Shown piece after piece: positions 31,284 through 41,664 of a stretch of 64,000 nucleotides of DNA (the stretch's first letter is position 1; the number at the start of each line of letters is the position of its first letter). Source of the stretch: Nitrospirota bacterium (GTDB lineage Bacteria; Nitrospirota; UBA9217). The notes beneath the pieces are model-generated. The model did no database searches, had not been told where the DNA came from, and saw only the letters and a program-made list of their open reading frames with translations. The stretch spans positions 480,001 through 544,000 of the forward strand of contig CAVVUN010000012.1 of NCBI GenBank assembly GCA_963751455.1, in the 5' to 3' direction. A program made the position numbers and the translations under genes.

Positions 31284-32333
31284 TTAATCTTTACGCCGTC
31301 CCTTTCTTCTTTTTTCAATCTGCTTCATATCCTTGACCGCTTCAAGAAACTGCCGTTCAACCTGAGACGGTTCGTTCAGACGTTCCTGGCGGTATCGCTC
31401 ATATTCAGCGTGAGCTTTCTCCAACGCCTTGTCATGACTGATCTTCCCGGCATGGCGCAAAACATCGCGCCCGCTGAGCTTCAGAAAATCATCCAGTTTT
31501 GAGATCCATTCGCGCATGTACATGGGTTTTCGGGAAAGCGCCTGAAGCTCGGCGAATTCCAGGTACATGGTAACAAGCCTGTTCAGCACATCCAGCTCTT
31601 TCTCGTTCAGGTAGTTCTTGGCGATTTCCGCATCGGTCTTTTGCGGTTTGCCGCCTGACCAGGAAGTCATGCCCATGTTCGGCTTGGCCGCGTCCGCCCT
31701 ATTGTGGATGATCTCCGCGGCCGTATGCCCGTGCGCGGCCCAATGCATTTTGTTCTGCACCGCCGCGAAGAACCGTTGCGAAAGATCGACGTGCGGATCA
31801 TAGTCTATGCTGGTGGCGTAGATATCCAAAACCTTCAGCCAAAAGACCTTTTCGGAAGAGCGAATATCCCGGATACGGGCCAGCAACTCATCGAAATAAT
31901 TGCCGCCTCCGGCCTGCTTCAGCCGTTCGTCGTCCATGGCGAAGCCCTTGACAATGTATTCCCGCAGCCGCTGGGTGGCCCAGATGCGGAACTGCGTACC
32001 GCGTATGCTGTTGACCCGATAACCAACCGAGATGATCGCATCCAGATTATAATACTCCAGTTCCCGCCGGACACTGCGAGAACCCTCTTGCTGAACTGTT
32101 GCAAAATTTGCAATAGTTGCCTCAGGTCGAAGTTCCCCTGTCTCATAGATGTTCGCAAGATGCCGGCTGATGCCGGATTTATCGACCTGAAACAGCTCAG
32201 CCATCTGACCAAGGGTCAGCCAGACCGTCTCGCCTTGCAGCCGGACCTCTATCCTGATTTTCCCGTCCTCGGTCCGGTATAGGATCAACTCGTTTTTTGA
32301 TGGAACAGGTTCGTTCTTTTTCTTCATGGACAT
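31284..32333 (-). CDS. Virulence RhuM-family DNA-binding protein
   Basis: ETVWLTLGQMAELF, YNLDAIISVGYRVNS, FRIWATQRLREYIVKGF, IRDIRSSE, AKNYL. Confidence 0.9.
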   Translation of the reverse strand: MSMKKKNEPVPSKNELILYRTEDGKIRIEVRLQGETVWLTLGQMAELFQVDKSGISRHLANIYETGELRPEATIANFATVQQEGSRSVRRELEYYNLDAIISVGYRVNSIRGTQFRIWATQRLREYIVKGFAMDDERLKQAGGGNYFDELLARIRDIRSSEKVFWLKVLDIYATSIDYDPHVDLSQRFFAAVQNKMHWAAHGHTAAEIIHNRADAAKPNMGMTSWSGGKPQKTDAEIAKNYLNEKELDVLNRLVTMYLEFAELQALSRKPMYMREWISKLDDFLKLSGRDVLRHAGKISHDKALEKAHAEYERYRQERLNEPSQVERQFLEAVKDMKQIEKRRKGRRKD

Positions 32334-32369
32334 ACTCCCCGGCAGTGTAAATGCAGGCAAGGTCGAAAA

Positions 32370-33191
32370 TTATCGCTTCAACCTTTTCTTAGATTCCGGC
32401 GTTTGCAGGAAGTTGCCCCGCGAAACCACCCGTTTGCCGGTCTTCTGTTCAAGGTCCTTCCGCGCCTTCCCGGCGACTTCACCGCCCTTGCGCGCTGACT
32501 GTTTGCTCTCGTGGAAGCCCTTCGCGTCATCAACCCGTGTTATTTCCGTCGTCGCCGCTTCGCCCAGCATGGAAAAAATCAATTCAAGGTCATTCATATG
32601 GTCTCGCAGATTTTCGCGCGTCAGGCCCTTTATCTTCTTATGCTTGCCCGGCGTAATTCCGAACGCGGCCTTCGCGATCTCGGCCGTAAGGATCTCAAAT
32701 TCCCGTTTTTCCTTCACGGCCCGCTTCTTCCACTCATCTGTCAGCTCTTCCCTGATGGCAATCCCGCGCATCCGCTTCTCGATCCAATCATCGGAATAGC
32801 CTTTGGCCTTGTACAACGCCCTCGTTCTTTTCGTGGCAAGCTCCGGGTCCTCAATCTCCTGCACCCGTTCATAACCAACTTTTGCGAGCCAACGTTTGAA
32901 GGGCTCGGCCTTGGGAGAAGGGATGGACTGAACGATACGGAAGATACCTTCCGTGTTGGCGCAGTTGACTTGTTGTTTGCCCCCTTCCGTATCAAGCCAA
33001 AGGGGGGTGACAATTTGTCCCCACCCTTTGGACAACTCCTCGTCACGCTTGCGCATTTTTTTGATATAGTCAGTTGCATTTGGCGTCTCGGTCAAAACTT
33101 CCACGACATCCGCGACTGAAAACCACCACGCGTTCTTGTGCAAGGTTCTCCGTATTTCTCTACCCTTGAAAACCGCTATACTCGTGTCCAT
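32370..33191 (-). CDS. Bro-N-domain (phage antirepressor-like) protein
   Basis: WWFSVADVV, IVQSIPSPKAEPFKRWLA, NLRDHMNDLELIF. Confidence 0.88.
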   Translation of the reverse strand: MDTSIAVFKGREIRRTLHKNAWWFSVADVVEVLTETPNATDYIKKMRKRDEELSKGWGQIVTPLWLDTEGGKQQVNCANTEGIFRIVQSIPSPKAEPFKRWLAKVGYERVQEIEDPELATKRTRALYKAKGYSDDWIEKRMRGIAIREELTDEWKKRAVKEKREFEILTAEIAKAAFGITPGKHKKIKGLTRENLRDHMNDLELIFSMLGEAATTEITRVDDAKGFHESKQSARKGGEVAGKARKDLEQKTGKRVVSRGNFLQTPESKKRLKR

Positions 33192-33284
33192 TTATCTACC
33201 CGTCCTTTTCGCAGCTGCCTGCTTTCGCCAAAGATATCATGCCCTTTTTTATCTGACCTCTGTGCTTTTTTCAGTTTCGTGAAT

Positions 33285-34217
33285 TCATACCGGCTGCCCT
33301 GGTGTAAAATTGCTATAGTATTGATTCTGTTGAATACGCTGACTCCTGTAGACTTCTATAATTCCGCGTTTAGATAACTCTGCCCGAGGCGGCTCTGTAC
33401 TATGGAGTTCCTTCAACGCCACCAATGAGCGAACTGTATCCAGTGTTATCGGACGGTCCCAAATGGGCCACGTAAACCAAACCTGATTCGTTGAACTACG
33501 GTGAAAGCCAGTCGTGGTAATCCGACCACCTTGAGGCATGGTTGGATACCACTGGAGTGCCTCAGCCGCTAGGCTGTTCGCGCCCATCATAGTCCCAGGC
33601 CCGTCTTTGAGATTCGATTTACTCGGGTCACGCCAGCGTAATGCGTAGCGTTGGTCATCGATTGGATCCCAACGCAGGCTGAACCCTTTGTCTTGGTAAT
33701 CCCATGGCATAAATAGCGTGCGTTTCAGCGCAGTGCGGTCGGTAGCAGTACGAATCGCGCGAATGTACGCCGGTAACCCTTGACCGGCGCTGTCGCCGCT
33801 GCGTACCATACGGAATCTTGAATCTTGAAATACTTCTTTCTCAGGGTTGACCTCACTGCCGAAGGCTGCTAAGAAATCAGCCATTCGGCGATCCGCGACA
33901 CTGGCTGATCGTTGAGCTTGCTTGAGACTGCTCTCAAACAACTCAACCGAGAAGGGTAGTTTGTTATCAATCTCAAAAGGCGCTATAGACGCAGCTTGCA
34001 ACACATCAAACAACTTGTCGAGAAACATTGCCCTGTCGCTTTCGCAACCACTTAAAGCAGGCCGCCAGGAACTGCCTTCCCTGCACCAGTAGAATTGAAC
34101 ATCAGGGCAATACGATCTCACAATAACGGCAGTACCTAAAGCAGCAAGAAAACCGAGAGGGTTACTACTCTGTATGCCGCTCATAATAAGCGGCTCTGAG
34201 GAATTAACTTTGTTCAC
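33285..34217 (-). CDS. Type I-G large subunit, short Cas8g2 (Csb3-like), about 310 aa
   Basis: GTG start overlapping the cas3 3' end. NPLGFLAALG, LRWDP, GANSLAAEAL, FTWPIW; position downstream of cas3. Confidence 0.75.
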   Translation of the reverse strand: MNKVNSSEPLIMSGIQSSNPLGFLAALGTAVIVRSYCPDVQFYWCREGSSWRPALSGCESDRAMFLDKLFDVLQAASIAPFEIDNKLPFSVELFESSLKQAQRSASVADRRMADFLAAFGSEVNPEKEVFQDSRFRMVRSGDSAGQGLPAYIRAIRTATDRTALKRTLFMPWDYQDKGFSLRWDPIDDQRYALRWRDPSKSNLKDGPGTMMGANSLAAEALQWYPTMPQGGRITTTGFHRSSTNQVWFTWPIWDRPITLDTVRSLVALKELHSTEPPRAELSKRGIIEVYRSQRIQQNQYYSNFTPGQPV

Positions 34218-37191
34218 TGTTTTTATCCTCCGCCTGCAACGCTTCTGCCTCACTTCGACGGTGATCCGCCAATCGCAAAATGGCTTCCAGCCAAGCCAAT
34301 CCCCACCAACCATAGCGCCTGGTAAGACGCCAAAAGCGATCAGACACACCTGAGTCGAGCAGCTCCATACTGGTGTCGCTGGAATGGCTAAGTAGCTGTC
34401 CATTAAATTTCAATTTGACTTCAACCGGCTTATTATCAAACACCACCGGCGCGAAGGGACGGCAGTAACCGTGACTGCTGGCAATGAGATGCAGTATAAG
34501 CTCTCTCGAACTCTTGTCTTCGGGCGTAAGCGTGGACACGCCTTCCAAGAACCGCACCGAAAGGAGTTCGTGTCTTCCACTCTCGGGGTAACCTGACAAT
34601 TTCAAAGCACGATTGTATGCTGCTCGCCCTTCAGGAATATCGTTTGACTTAGCCAATAGTTCACCGCTTACCCACGGAGTGCCGTTTCTTAATAGACATT
34701 GGAAACGCTGGTCAGCTTTGCCTAAATCGTGAAGTAGTCCCGCAAGCTCGACAATATCGGCAAGCGGTTGGGGCATCCCACAGCCCACGGCAAAACGCCT
34801 TGCATAAGCTGCTACACCAGGCAAATGATCCAATAAAGGAATGCGCACTGTTCCGGACGAATCTCCATCATTTTCATCACTGAAATAATCCGTATCATCG
34901 GATTTCTGTTTCAACCGTCGTTTACTTTGGACAACTATGCCAGAAAGCGGGTGCAGCTTGATACCATAGCGGAATCGTCTGTCTGCGATAATGGTTGAAG
35001 CAATTTCACGTAGCCACGTGGGAACACTTACGTCATTTGCCAGCGAGACCAGAGTTTCGTGCAGTTCTTCTGTCAGCGTTGCGGGGTCTTCCTCGTAGCG
35101 CGTGAAAGCTTCATTAGCGAGTTCCAGAATGCGCGATTTCGCGACACATTCGGGCCATTGACTGATCACTGCGGGAGTCAGGCGTAGGAGCGCCTTCGCG
35201 CGGGTCTGACTATGTGCTCGGTCACCCCAATCGAGTACAGGCTGCGTTCCAAGGGCATGAGGGAGATCGCCCAATTGATGCCACCCTTGCGTATCCGCGG
35301 GAATCACTACAACATCACCTGGACGGATCGCGCTCGGATCTTCCACAGCTTCGACTTCTTTGCGTCCGCGCCATCTTACCACTCGATACGCTTTTTCACC
35401 TTCTTCAGTTTGCGTTTCAATTTCGCTGACTGCGCCTTCTACATCTGAGCTGTCATCAGCAAGTTTTTCTCCCGCCATCCAACGACGAAACACGCCTATC
35501 GGAACAGACAAACATTCAGAAGAGGATGGGGGGCAAAGTGTAATCGCGTCGATTGAATCTTCCTCAGTGACAAATGTCGTTAGATTGATATCCGCCCGCC
35601 AGCAAACCTGCACGTCTGCTGCGCCGCGTTTGGGGCCACGAAGAAACAGCGCAACATCCGGCGTCGGATCGGGCTCCGGCTGTGTCTGCGCCCAGCAGTC
35701 CACATGAGCCGGCAACATCACAGGCGCATTAACCGTTGGCGCGTTAAATTCAGCGAGTACTTCGTTCTCAGGGAGAAGGGACTCTAGCGTATTGATACCA
35801 AAATCAACAACGCCGCTCGCTTTCGTTTGTTCGCTGAGCCAAGCCCATGTTTTTGCCAGGGACGATCCGTAGACCGGATCTTCATCGCTATTCTCGGCAT
35901 GATCAGCACGAATCAATATGGCCGCATGCGCTTCGATCGGACGACCCTTTCGATTGAGCCGACCGAAGCGCTGTCGCAAAGCGTCTAGGCTGGCGCACTC
36001 GGTCACCAAAGCATCGAAGTCCAGATTCGCGCCGACTTCCAATGTCTGAGTAGCAACAACGAATATCGGCTGCTTCAGGTTGCGCTCCTCGGAATTTTCA
36101 GCCGACAGCAATTGCAGCCTTTGCAGTATAGTGTCATCTTTATCAATGGGCCGCATACGCCCGGTCAATAGCACAGCAGACTCGCCATATTTTACGGTCA
36201 GCAGCCTGAAGGTTTCGCGGGCAGTGGCAACGCGGTTGACAAAAATAACAACGGCCTTGGCCGCCTCCTTCGTCATATCTTCCGCAACTTCGACTAACGC
36301 CTCTGCCAACGCACGAATTGCGTTTTTTCCATGAGCCTTTTCGACAACTCTTAATACCGCCGGTTTCCGCGCCAATTGCCGCTTACCCAGGGGATGTGTT
36401 GGATCAGTTGATTCTCGCGACTCATCGCGAAAAACATCCTCAAGACCTGCTGGCGGCGTAGCTGACATCACGACCGGATAAAATCTTGTTGGCAACGGAG
36501 CTTCGGCCCAGCCCCGGTATCGGGCAATCGCCTGAAGAGTCTGCAAAAAGGGCTGGGCGCAATGGGCCTCATCGAGCAATATCAGGCTATCGTTAGCAAC
36601 GAGCCCGGCGTAGATAGGCCACATGCCGGGTCCGCGACCGTAGGCACGAAACAATAATCTCGAACCCAATTGATCAACCGTAGAGGCTACAATGATAGGC
36701 TGGAGGGGCGATCGTGCCCAAGCCTCTGAACGATACATGCCGCCACGTAATTCAAAAACGGCCAGCGGATTCTCGGATTCGGCGCCCGCCCTCTCGCCGC
36801 GGGCCAAGAGTCGCAGTCGATCTGCGACTTCTTTAAGAACGCCCTCTTTCGCATCACGAAGCTTTGTAGATATGGCACGAGCGCGAGCATACGCCTCATC
36901 TACAATCACGCGTCGATCTACCACAAAGAAGATGCGACGCACGGCAGTGAGTGTCTTTCCGGCGTCTAGGCGTTCGGCCTGTGATGCCAAAGCATAAACG
37001 GCTATGTCGAGGCAGGCCGTCTTTCCAGCTGCGGTGGGCAGTGCGATGGCATCAGGCCAAGGTTTATCCGCAGTGAGAACACGCTTGGCAAGCCGGTGTT
37101 GCCACTGAAACGGGATCGTCGGCTCTTTCCCAGGCTTGGACCAGAGTTCTCTGAAGAATTCCTGAAAACGGTCTGCCGTGAGTTCAAGCAT
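34204..37191 (-). CDS. cas3: Type I-G Cas3 (helicase with C-terminal HD nuclease)
   Basis: PTAAGKT, DEAH, SAT, TQTLEVG, QRFGRLNR; C-terminal LLDHL, HDLGKAD, RHE, SHG, LADH. Confidence 0.95.
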   Translation of the reverse strand: MLELTADRFQEFFRELWSKPGKEPTIPFQWQHRLAKRVLTADKPWPDAIALPTAAGKTACLDIAVYALASQAERLDAGKTLTAVRRIFFVVDRRVIVDEAYARARAISTKLRDAKEGVLKEVADRLRLLARGERAGAESENPLAVFELRGGMYRSEAWARSPLQPIIVASTVDQLGSRLLFRAYGRGPGMWPIYAGLVANDSLILLDEAHCAQPFLQTLQAIARYRGWAEAPLPTRFYPVVMSATPPAGLEDVFRDESRESTDPTHPLGKRQLARKPAVLRVVEKAHGKNAIRALAEALVEVAEDMTKEAAKAVVIFVNRVATARETFRLLTVKYGESAVLLTGRMRPIDKDDTILQRLQLLSAENSEERNLKQPIFVVATQTLEVGANLDFDALVTECASLDALRQRFGRLNRKGRPIEAHAAILIRADHAENSDEDPVYGSSLAKTWAWLSEQTKASGVVDFGINTLESLLPENEVLAEFNAPTVNAPVMLPAHVDCWAQTQPEPDPTPDVALFLRGPKRGAADVQVCWRADINLTTFVTEEDSIDAITLCPPSSSECLSVPIGVFRRWMAGEKLADDSSDVEGAVSEIETQTEEGEKAYRVVRWRGRKEVEAVEDPSAIRPGDVVVIPADTQGWHQLGDLPHALGTQPVLDWGDRAHSQTRAKALLRLTPAVISQWPECVAKSRILELANEAFTRYEEDPATLTEELHETLVSLANDVSVPTWLREIASTIIADRRFRYGIKLHPLSGIVVQSKRRLKQKSDDTDYFSDENDGDSSGTVRIPLLDHLPGVAAYARRFAVGCGMPQPLADIVELAGLLHDLGKADQRFQCLLRNGTPWVSGELLAKSNDIPEGRAAYNRALKLSGYPESGRHELLSVRFLEGVSTLTPEDKSSRELILHLIASSHGYCRPFAPVVFDNKPVEVKLKFNGQLLSHSSDTSMELLDSGVSDRFWRLTRRYGWWGLAWLEAILRLADHRRSEAEALQAEDKNSEQS

Positions 37192-38893
37192 ATGCAGCCT
37201 CCCGCTTATCCATCGGTCTGCACAAACCATAGCCCCGATAACGTCCGGCTCCGACTAGCACCGGTCCAAGCACTGGTTTTTCAAATACAATCACTGCATG
37301 AGTGTGATGCATCCGCCCGCCGTCTCTCTTGCGGGTAAGGTACGGAAATTCGCGGGAATGAGGAACGCCTTCAACGAGCGAAAGGGGATGAAGCACTACT
37401 TCGTTCGGCCTCGGCAATCCGAGACGCTCACAGGAATCTTTCACCGATTCAGCAGCCTGCTCCCATTTTTCCTTACCGTCAAAATGACGATCCAGTGTAA
37501 CAGGTGTGACGCTTGCCCATATGCGAGACGGCCCTACCCACGCTTCAGAGAGAAGGTTCCTTGGCGGAGATTCGCGCTGCTCCTGCTCTGCTTGACATTC
37601 AAGCCATTGCCCAGCAAAAAGATGAACCTGCGCCGGAGCACCCGTCTCGATATCCCAGAAAAAATGATCGAGACATCGACTCGCCTCGGAAGGGTCAAGA
37701 TCCCTCGGAAGAACTAAGGCGATTCCCATAAGCCTGCCGTCAGCGTGCTCGCTGCCGACAAAAGGAAGCGGAATAAATGCCGTATGAGGCAGCGCGGTAG
37801 GCTTGCCGTCCGTCGTATGGCCGGACAACCATTCGGGAATCGGCTGCGGACAGGTCGCAAACAAAGCACCTCTCATTGTCTCGGTAAGCTTGAGAGTTGC
37901 AGGCAGCGACAGCTTCCTTCCAGACAACGCCAGGACCATTAATCGCGGATCGAAGATTGAACGCGGAGTATCATCTTTCACTTGCTTAACAGGCCGTTCG
38001 TATCCCTTCCATAAACTTGGTTCAGGACGGAGGGTAATTGGTATCCTGCCTTGAAATATTTGCTGCAATTCTTGCTGGCAAGCAGCCATCTTGGTATCAA
38101 TATCTTTGATAGCCTCCACGAACACAGCTTCCGCCGTCTTCTTTTCTGCACCTCTCAATCCTCTTGCCGCCACACGCCGTTGTTCGTTCAGACTTTTGCG
38201 TTTTTCGCTCAACGTCTCGATTTCTCCACGGTCACCAGCAAGGTCGCGATATCGCACAGCGTCATCCTTGTTGCAGCGCACCTTGAGATACTCTAGTCGT
38301 CCAGGGCCGAATACTCGTAGCCGATGCGTAGCTACTCCATCCGTAGACACCCAATTAGGTTCTGGCGAAGAAGCTGTTATCCACATCTGAACTAGTGAGG
38401 CGGAATAGCCAATACAAGTAACTTTTCGTACGATGCTCGATAATGCCACCAGATGCGCTTCAGGATCAGCATCTGCCCACACTAGGTGTACCTCTGGATC
38501 ACTGGGTATGGCGACAGGAAAGTTGCGAGGTTGACGAGATCTATATTCCGGCAAAAGAGAAAGACCTGCATCCTTAAGCTTCGAAAGATCGTTTGCCACA
38601 GGAAGTCTTCCAAGCTTGGCGTCGTTAACCGGAACATAGCTGGTAGTTGGCCCATATCCCCTTATGGCCTGTCTAACCGAGACATCGGAAGCAGCAATCC
38701 CAGGAGGTCCGAGAGTTTCGATCCAACGCAACGCGTCGCCTTCGGAGGCTTCCTCTCCAGTCTCGAACCATGCCGACGCTAATGCCATGAATATGCGATC
38801 AGGGTGAGGTGGCCATTCAGCACGCTCTTTCTTGGCGCCGTCTGATGCCGCCATCGCCCACCCCATAAGGTAGCGTATGCCAAGAGCGAACAT
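37184..38893 (-). CDS. csb2: Type I-G Csb2 (Cas5/Cas6 fusion)
   Basis: EWPPHPDRIFMAL, WASVTPV, C-terminal GPVLVGAGRYRGYGLCRP glycine loop. Confidence 0.93.
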   Translation of the reverse strand: MFALGIRYLMGWAMAASDGAKKERAEWPPHPDRIFMALASAWFETGEEASEGDALRWIETLGPPGIAASDVSVRQAIRGYGPTTSYVPVNDAKLGRLPVANDLSKLKDAGLSLLPEYRSRQPRNFPVAIPSDPEVHLVWADADPEAHLVALSSIVRKVTCIGYSASLVQMWITASSPEPNWVSTDGVATHRLRVFGPGRLEYLKVRCNKDDAVRYRDLAGDRGEIETLSEKRKSLNEQRRVAARGLRGAEKKTAEAVFVEAIKDIDTKMAACQQELQQIFQGRIPITLRPEPSLWKGYERPVKQVKDDTPRSIFDPRLMVLALSGRKLSLPATLKLTETMRGALFATCPQPIPEWLSGHTTDGKPTALPHTAFIPLPFVGSEHADGRLMGIALVLPRDLDPSEASRCLDHFFWDIETGAPAQVHLFAGQWLECQAEQEQRESPPRNLLSEAWVGPSRIWASVTPVTLDRHFDGKEKWEQAAESVKDSCERLGLPRPNEVVLHPLSLVEGVPHSREFPYLTRKRDGGRMHHTHAVIVFEKPVLGPVLVGAGRYRGYGLCRPMDKREAAYA

Positions 38894-40098
38894 TATTCGA
38901 CTCCTTCCCCTGACGCACTTGCGAGATCCTGACTGCGTCGTACCAATTCGACAAGATCAGAATGCGGCGTAAGCGCAATAACGCCCTCCCAAGTCAATCC
39001 CGCCGCCTTAGCCTCTGCGAACGCCTCTGTAAATAGCTGCACAGCCTCGTTGCCGGTAAGTTGATATTTTTTAGGCGCTTCACCCGGTACATCGAGCAAT
39101 TCCCATAAAGGTATATTTTGAGCAATTAGATGACAGCGAGAGCGAAGGTCAGCGCTTTCATCGCGAGTAAGGGCTGCCGCGGTTAAACTCAAGGCCGCTA
39201 ATACAGTGCGTGCAGCAATATCCATTTTATTGTCTGAATCGGCAGATCCGTTCAAAGGAAAGCGCAGGCGACGAAGTGCAGTGAGAGAGAGAACCGTCGT
39301 CTGGATCGCTTTGGAGATGGTATATCCGCCCTCCGAAATACCAGGCGGAATATTACTGTGATTGGCTTCGGAAGGTTTGCCATCCTTGCCCAATTTTTTT
39401 GATCCCTCAGTTTGCTCAATTGCCCAATCTGGCGAACTATCGTTCTTTTTCTTGCGATCATATATCGGGCCTGCAGCCAGCATGATTTGAGCGGGGTCTA
39501 TACGGCTGCTCGTCCTAACTCCACCCTGGGCTTGGTGTCCCACCATTTCCGACACCATTGCCCGCTGGAACTTAGAACCCAGTCCCCCACGCGGTCCGGT
39601 TGAGTCCCACACACCGAAAATTAAAGCAGTCGGGCACAGACGGTACAGACCAGTTGCATTTCGTACATCAGCCGTGTCGAGAAGCTTGCCTTTTTCAGAT
39701 TTCCGAAAAATTACTCCGTCGAGAAGACTATCACGAAATATGGCGTCAGCAACCCGATGCGGCGCTTCAAGGCTAGTAACGGTGAACTTCTTCTTGAGCC
39801 CCTCATGATCGAATCGTGCCTCCAGTAGCGGCAAACTGATTCGTTTGGCCCTATGCGCTTCCAGCAATGCCAATTCCATACGGTTGGCCTGGGACTGAAC
39901 CGAGTCTAACAGCACGCATTGAACCGGCTGACCATCGATCGTCCGTGTTTCTACTGCATACTTTCCGCCCTGATATGTGGCTGGAAATATTTTGTCCCCC
40001 ACCCCGCCTGCGGGCTGATACTCAGTCACACAGCGAAACGCTGCTGCCGTTCCCCCAACTGCTTCTTTCAAATCTTTGAGTGTTAATGAAGTCGTCAT
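38893..40098 (-). CDS. csb1: Type I-G Csb1 (Cas7)
   Basis: IFPATY, LDSVQSQANRME, APHRVADA, PTALIFGVWDS, LRSRC. Confidence 0.94.
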   Translation of the reverse strand: MTTSLTLKDLKEAVGGTAAAFRCVTEYQPAGGVGDKIFPATYQGGKYAVETRTIDGQPVQCVLLDSVQSQANRMELALLEAHRAKRISLPLLEARFDHEGLKKKFTVTSLEAPHRVADAIFRDSLLDGVIFRKSEKGKLLDTADVRNATGLYRLCPTALIFGVWDSTGPRGGLGSKFQRAMVSEMVGHQAQGGVRTSSRIDPAQIMLAAGPIYDRKKKNDSSPDWAIEQTEGSKKLGKDGKPSEANHSNIPPGISEGGYTISKAIQTTVLSLTALRRLRFPLNGSADSDNKMDIAARTVLAALSLTAAALTRDESADLRSRCHLIAQNIPLWELLDVPGEAPKKYQLTGNEAVQLFTEAFAEAKAAGLTWEGVIALTPHSDLVELVRRSQDLASASGEGVE

Positions 40099-40143
40099 AT
40101 CATGCTCCTTTCGGTTGAATTCAACGCAGGCTGAAGCCTGCGG

Positions 40144-40331
40144 CTACCAACTTCTTTCCATAGCCTGCACAACCGCCGCAGTCTTGCCCAGTCCCGTGGG
40201 AACGTCGAGCAATTCCGGAAACGTCTCATCCGTCGCCAGCCGATTTGGTACGGATACGGCCCTTCCTCGATCCCGATCGCTTTTGTAAAAAATTTCTCGT
40301 ACTGTTCCTCGTAATCCCGTTTTGTCGTCAT
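40144..40331 (-). pseudogene. Truncated 5' relic of a different cas3 (copy 1)
   Basis: MTTKRDYEEQYEKFFTKAIGIEEGPYPYQ, then (1-nt shift) [25 protein letters not shown]: Q-motif plus Walker A, followed by a stop. Confidence 0.75.
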
Positions 40332-40341
40332 ACCGCGAACC

Positions 40342-41369
40342 TCATCGCCCTCCACCCAACTCCTTCTCCAACTCTGCTATTGTCGGCAGCTTGCCCTGTA
40401 GTTTCTTCGGGAGTGACCCTGTGAGCTTGTACCCGGAAACTCCGATAGGCTTTCTGGTGTCCCGCAGGGCGTATTCTACGATCACCTTGTTTTTTTCCTT
40501 GCAGAGAATGATGCCGATGCTCGGTTGGTCGTCTTTGTGGCGCAAAAGATCGTCAATCGCGGAAAGATAAAAGTTCATCTTACCGGCGTATTCCGGCTGG
40601 AACTCGCCCATCTTGAGATCGATCACCACGAAGCAACGCAGCCGCGATGGCAGAAAAGCATATCGAGATAGAAATCCTGATCACCTACTTCAAGACGATA
40701 CTGGCTTCCGACAAAGGCAAAGCCCACGCCCAACTCCAGCAGAAATTTTCCGATGTGCTCCATCAGGCCGCGTTCGAAGTCGCGCTCTTCCGCTTCTTCA
40801 CCAAGATTCAGGAAATCGAACAGGTATGGATCCTTCAAGGCCTGGTGGGCAAGTTCGGATTGGGGTTTCGGGAGTGTGCGCTCGAAATTGATGATCGCGC
40901 TCCCTTGCCGGTTATACAGGCCGCTCTCTATCTGATGGACAAGCACGGGCCGGCTCCAGCCATGCTCGATGGTTTTATTGATGTACCACCGGCGCTCGGA
41001 GGGTTCCTTGATCTTCTGGATTATGCGAATAATGTGCCCCCACGGTATTTGTGAAACAAGCTGTTTCACAATTGACTCATCGGAGAACGCCTCCGCAAAA
41101 CTCCTCATGAACAAGAGATTTCTTGATGAAAACCCTTTCATCTCCGGAAATTCCATTCGAAGATCAGCGGCCAGACGCCCAATAACCTTTGCGCCCCATT
41201 TTTCCGCCGCCTGCCGATTCAGAATGTCGCCGCCAATGTGCCAGTAGAGCAGCACCAACTCGCGGTTGGCCGAAAGGGCGGCCCGGACCTGCGCCGCGCG
41301 AATGCGCTCTTTGATGTCTTTGAGAAACTCAGCATAATCGCGTGAAACCTTTACAAGGTCATTTCCCAT
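40342..41369 (-). CDS. YhcG/DUF1016 PD-(D/E)xK nuclease-family protein, frameshifted near 40640
   Basis: LYWHIG, KGFSSRNL, IPWGH, KDPYLFDFL, LELGVGFAFVG; then VIDLKMGEFQPEYAGKMNFYL, IGIILC. Confidence 0.9.
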
Positions 41370-41664
41370 TCAATGGTTCCTGCCTCCCCCGCACCCATAC
41401 CGGTTGTAGCGTAAACGTCTGCTGCGGTCTATTAGGATATCTCAGTTTCTAAGGTCATCAAACTCCGCCATCCTGGTTTTTTCATCCTCTTTCGTAGTTC
41501 TTGCCTGCCGATTATATATATTGCCAAGCTCAAAATACGAGCCTGACTCTATGTTTTTTGTTGCTCGGCGCGCTCGTCCGGACGTTTATGGTTTCTATTT
41601 TTTCCCTGTTCCTTGGCCTTCACCGGCTAAACAGAGAGGGGAGCTATGGGAAGCCTAACGTTTG

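Noticed and set aside
34218-34403. N-terminal extension of the 372-aa ORF 33285..34403
   Set aside because: It overlaps the cas3 HD domain. A GTG with GAGG RBS at 34217 is the more plausible start.
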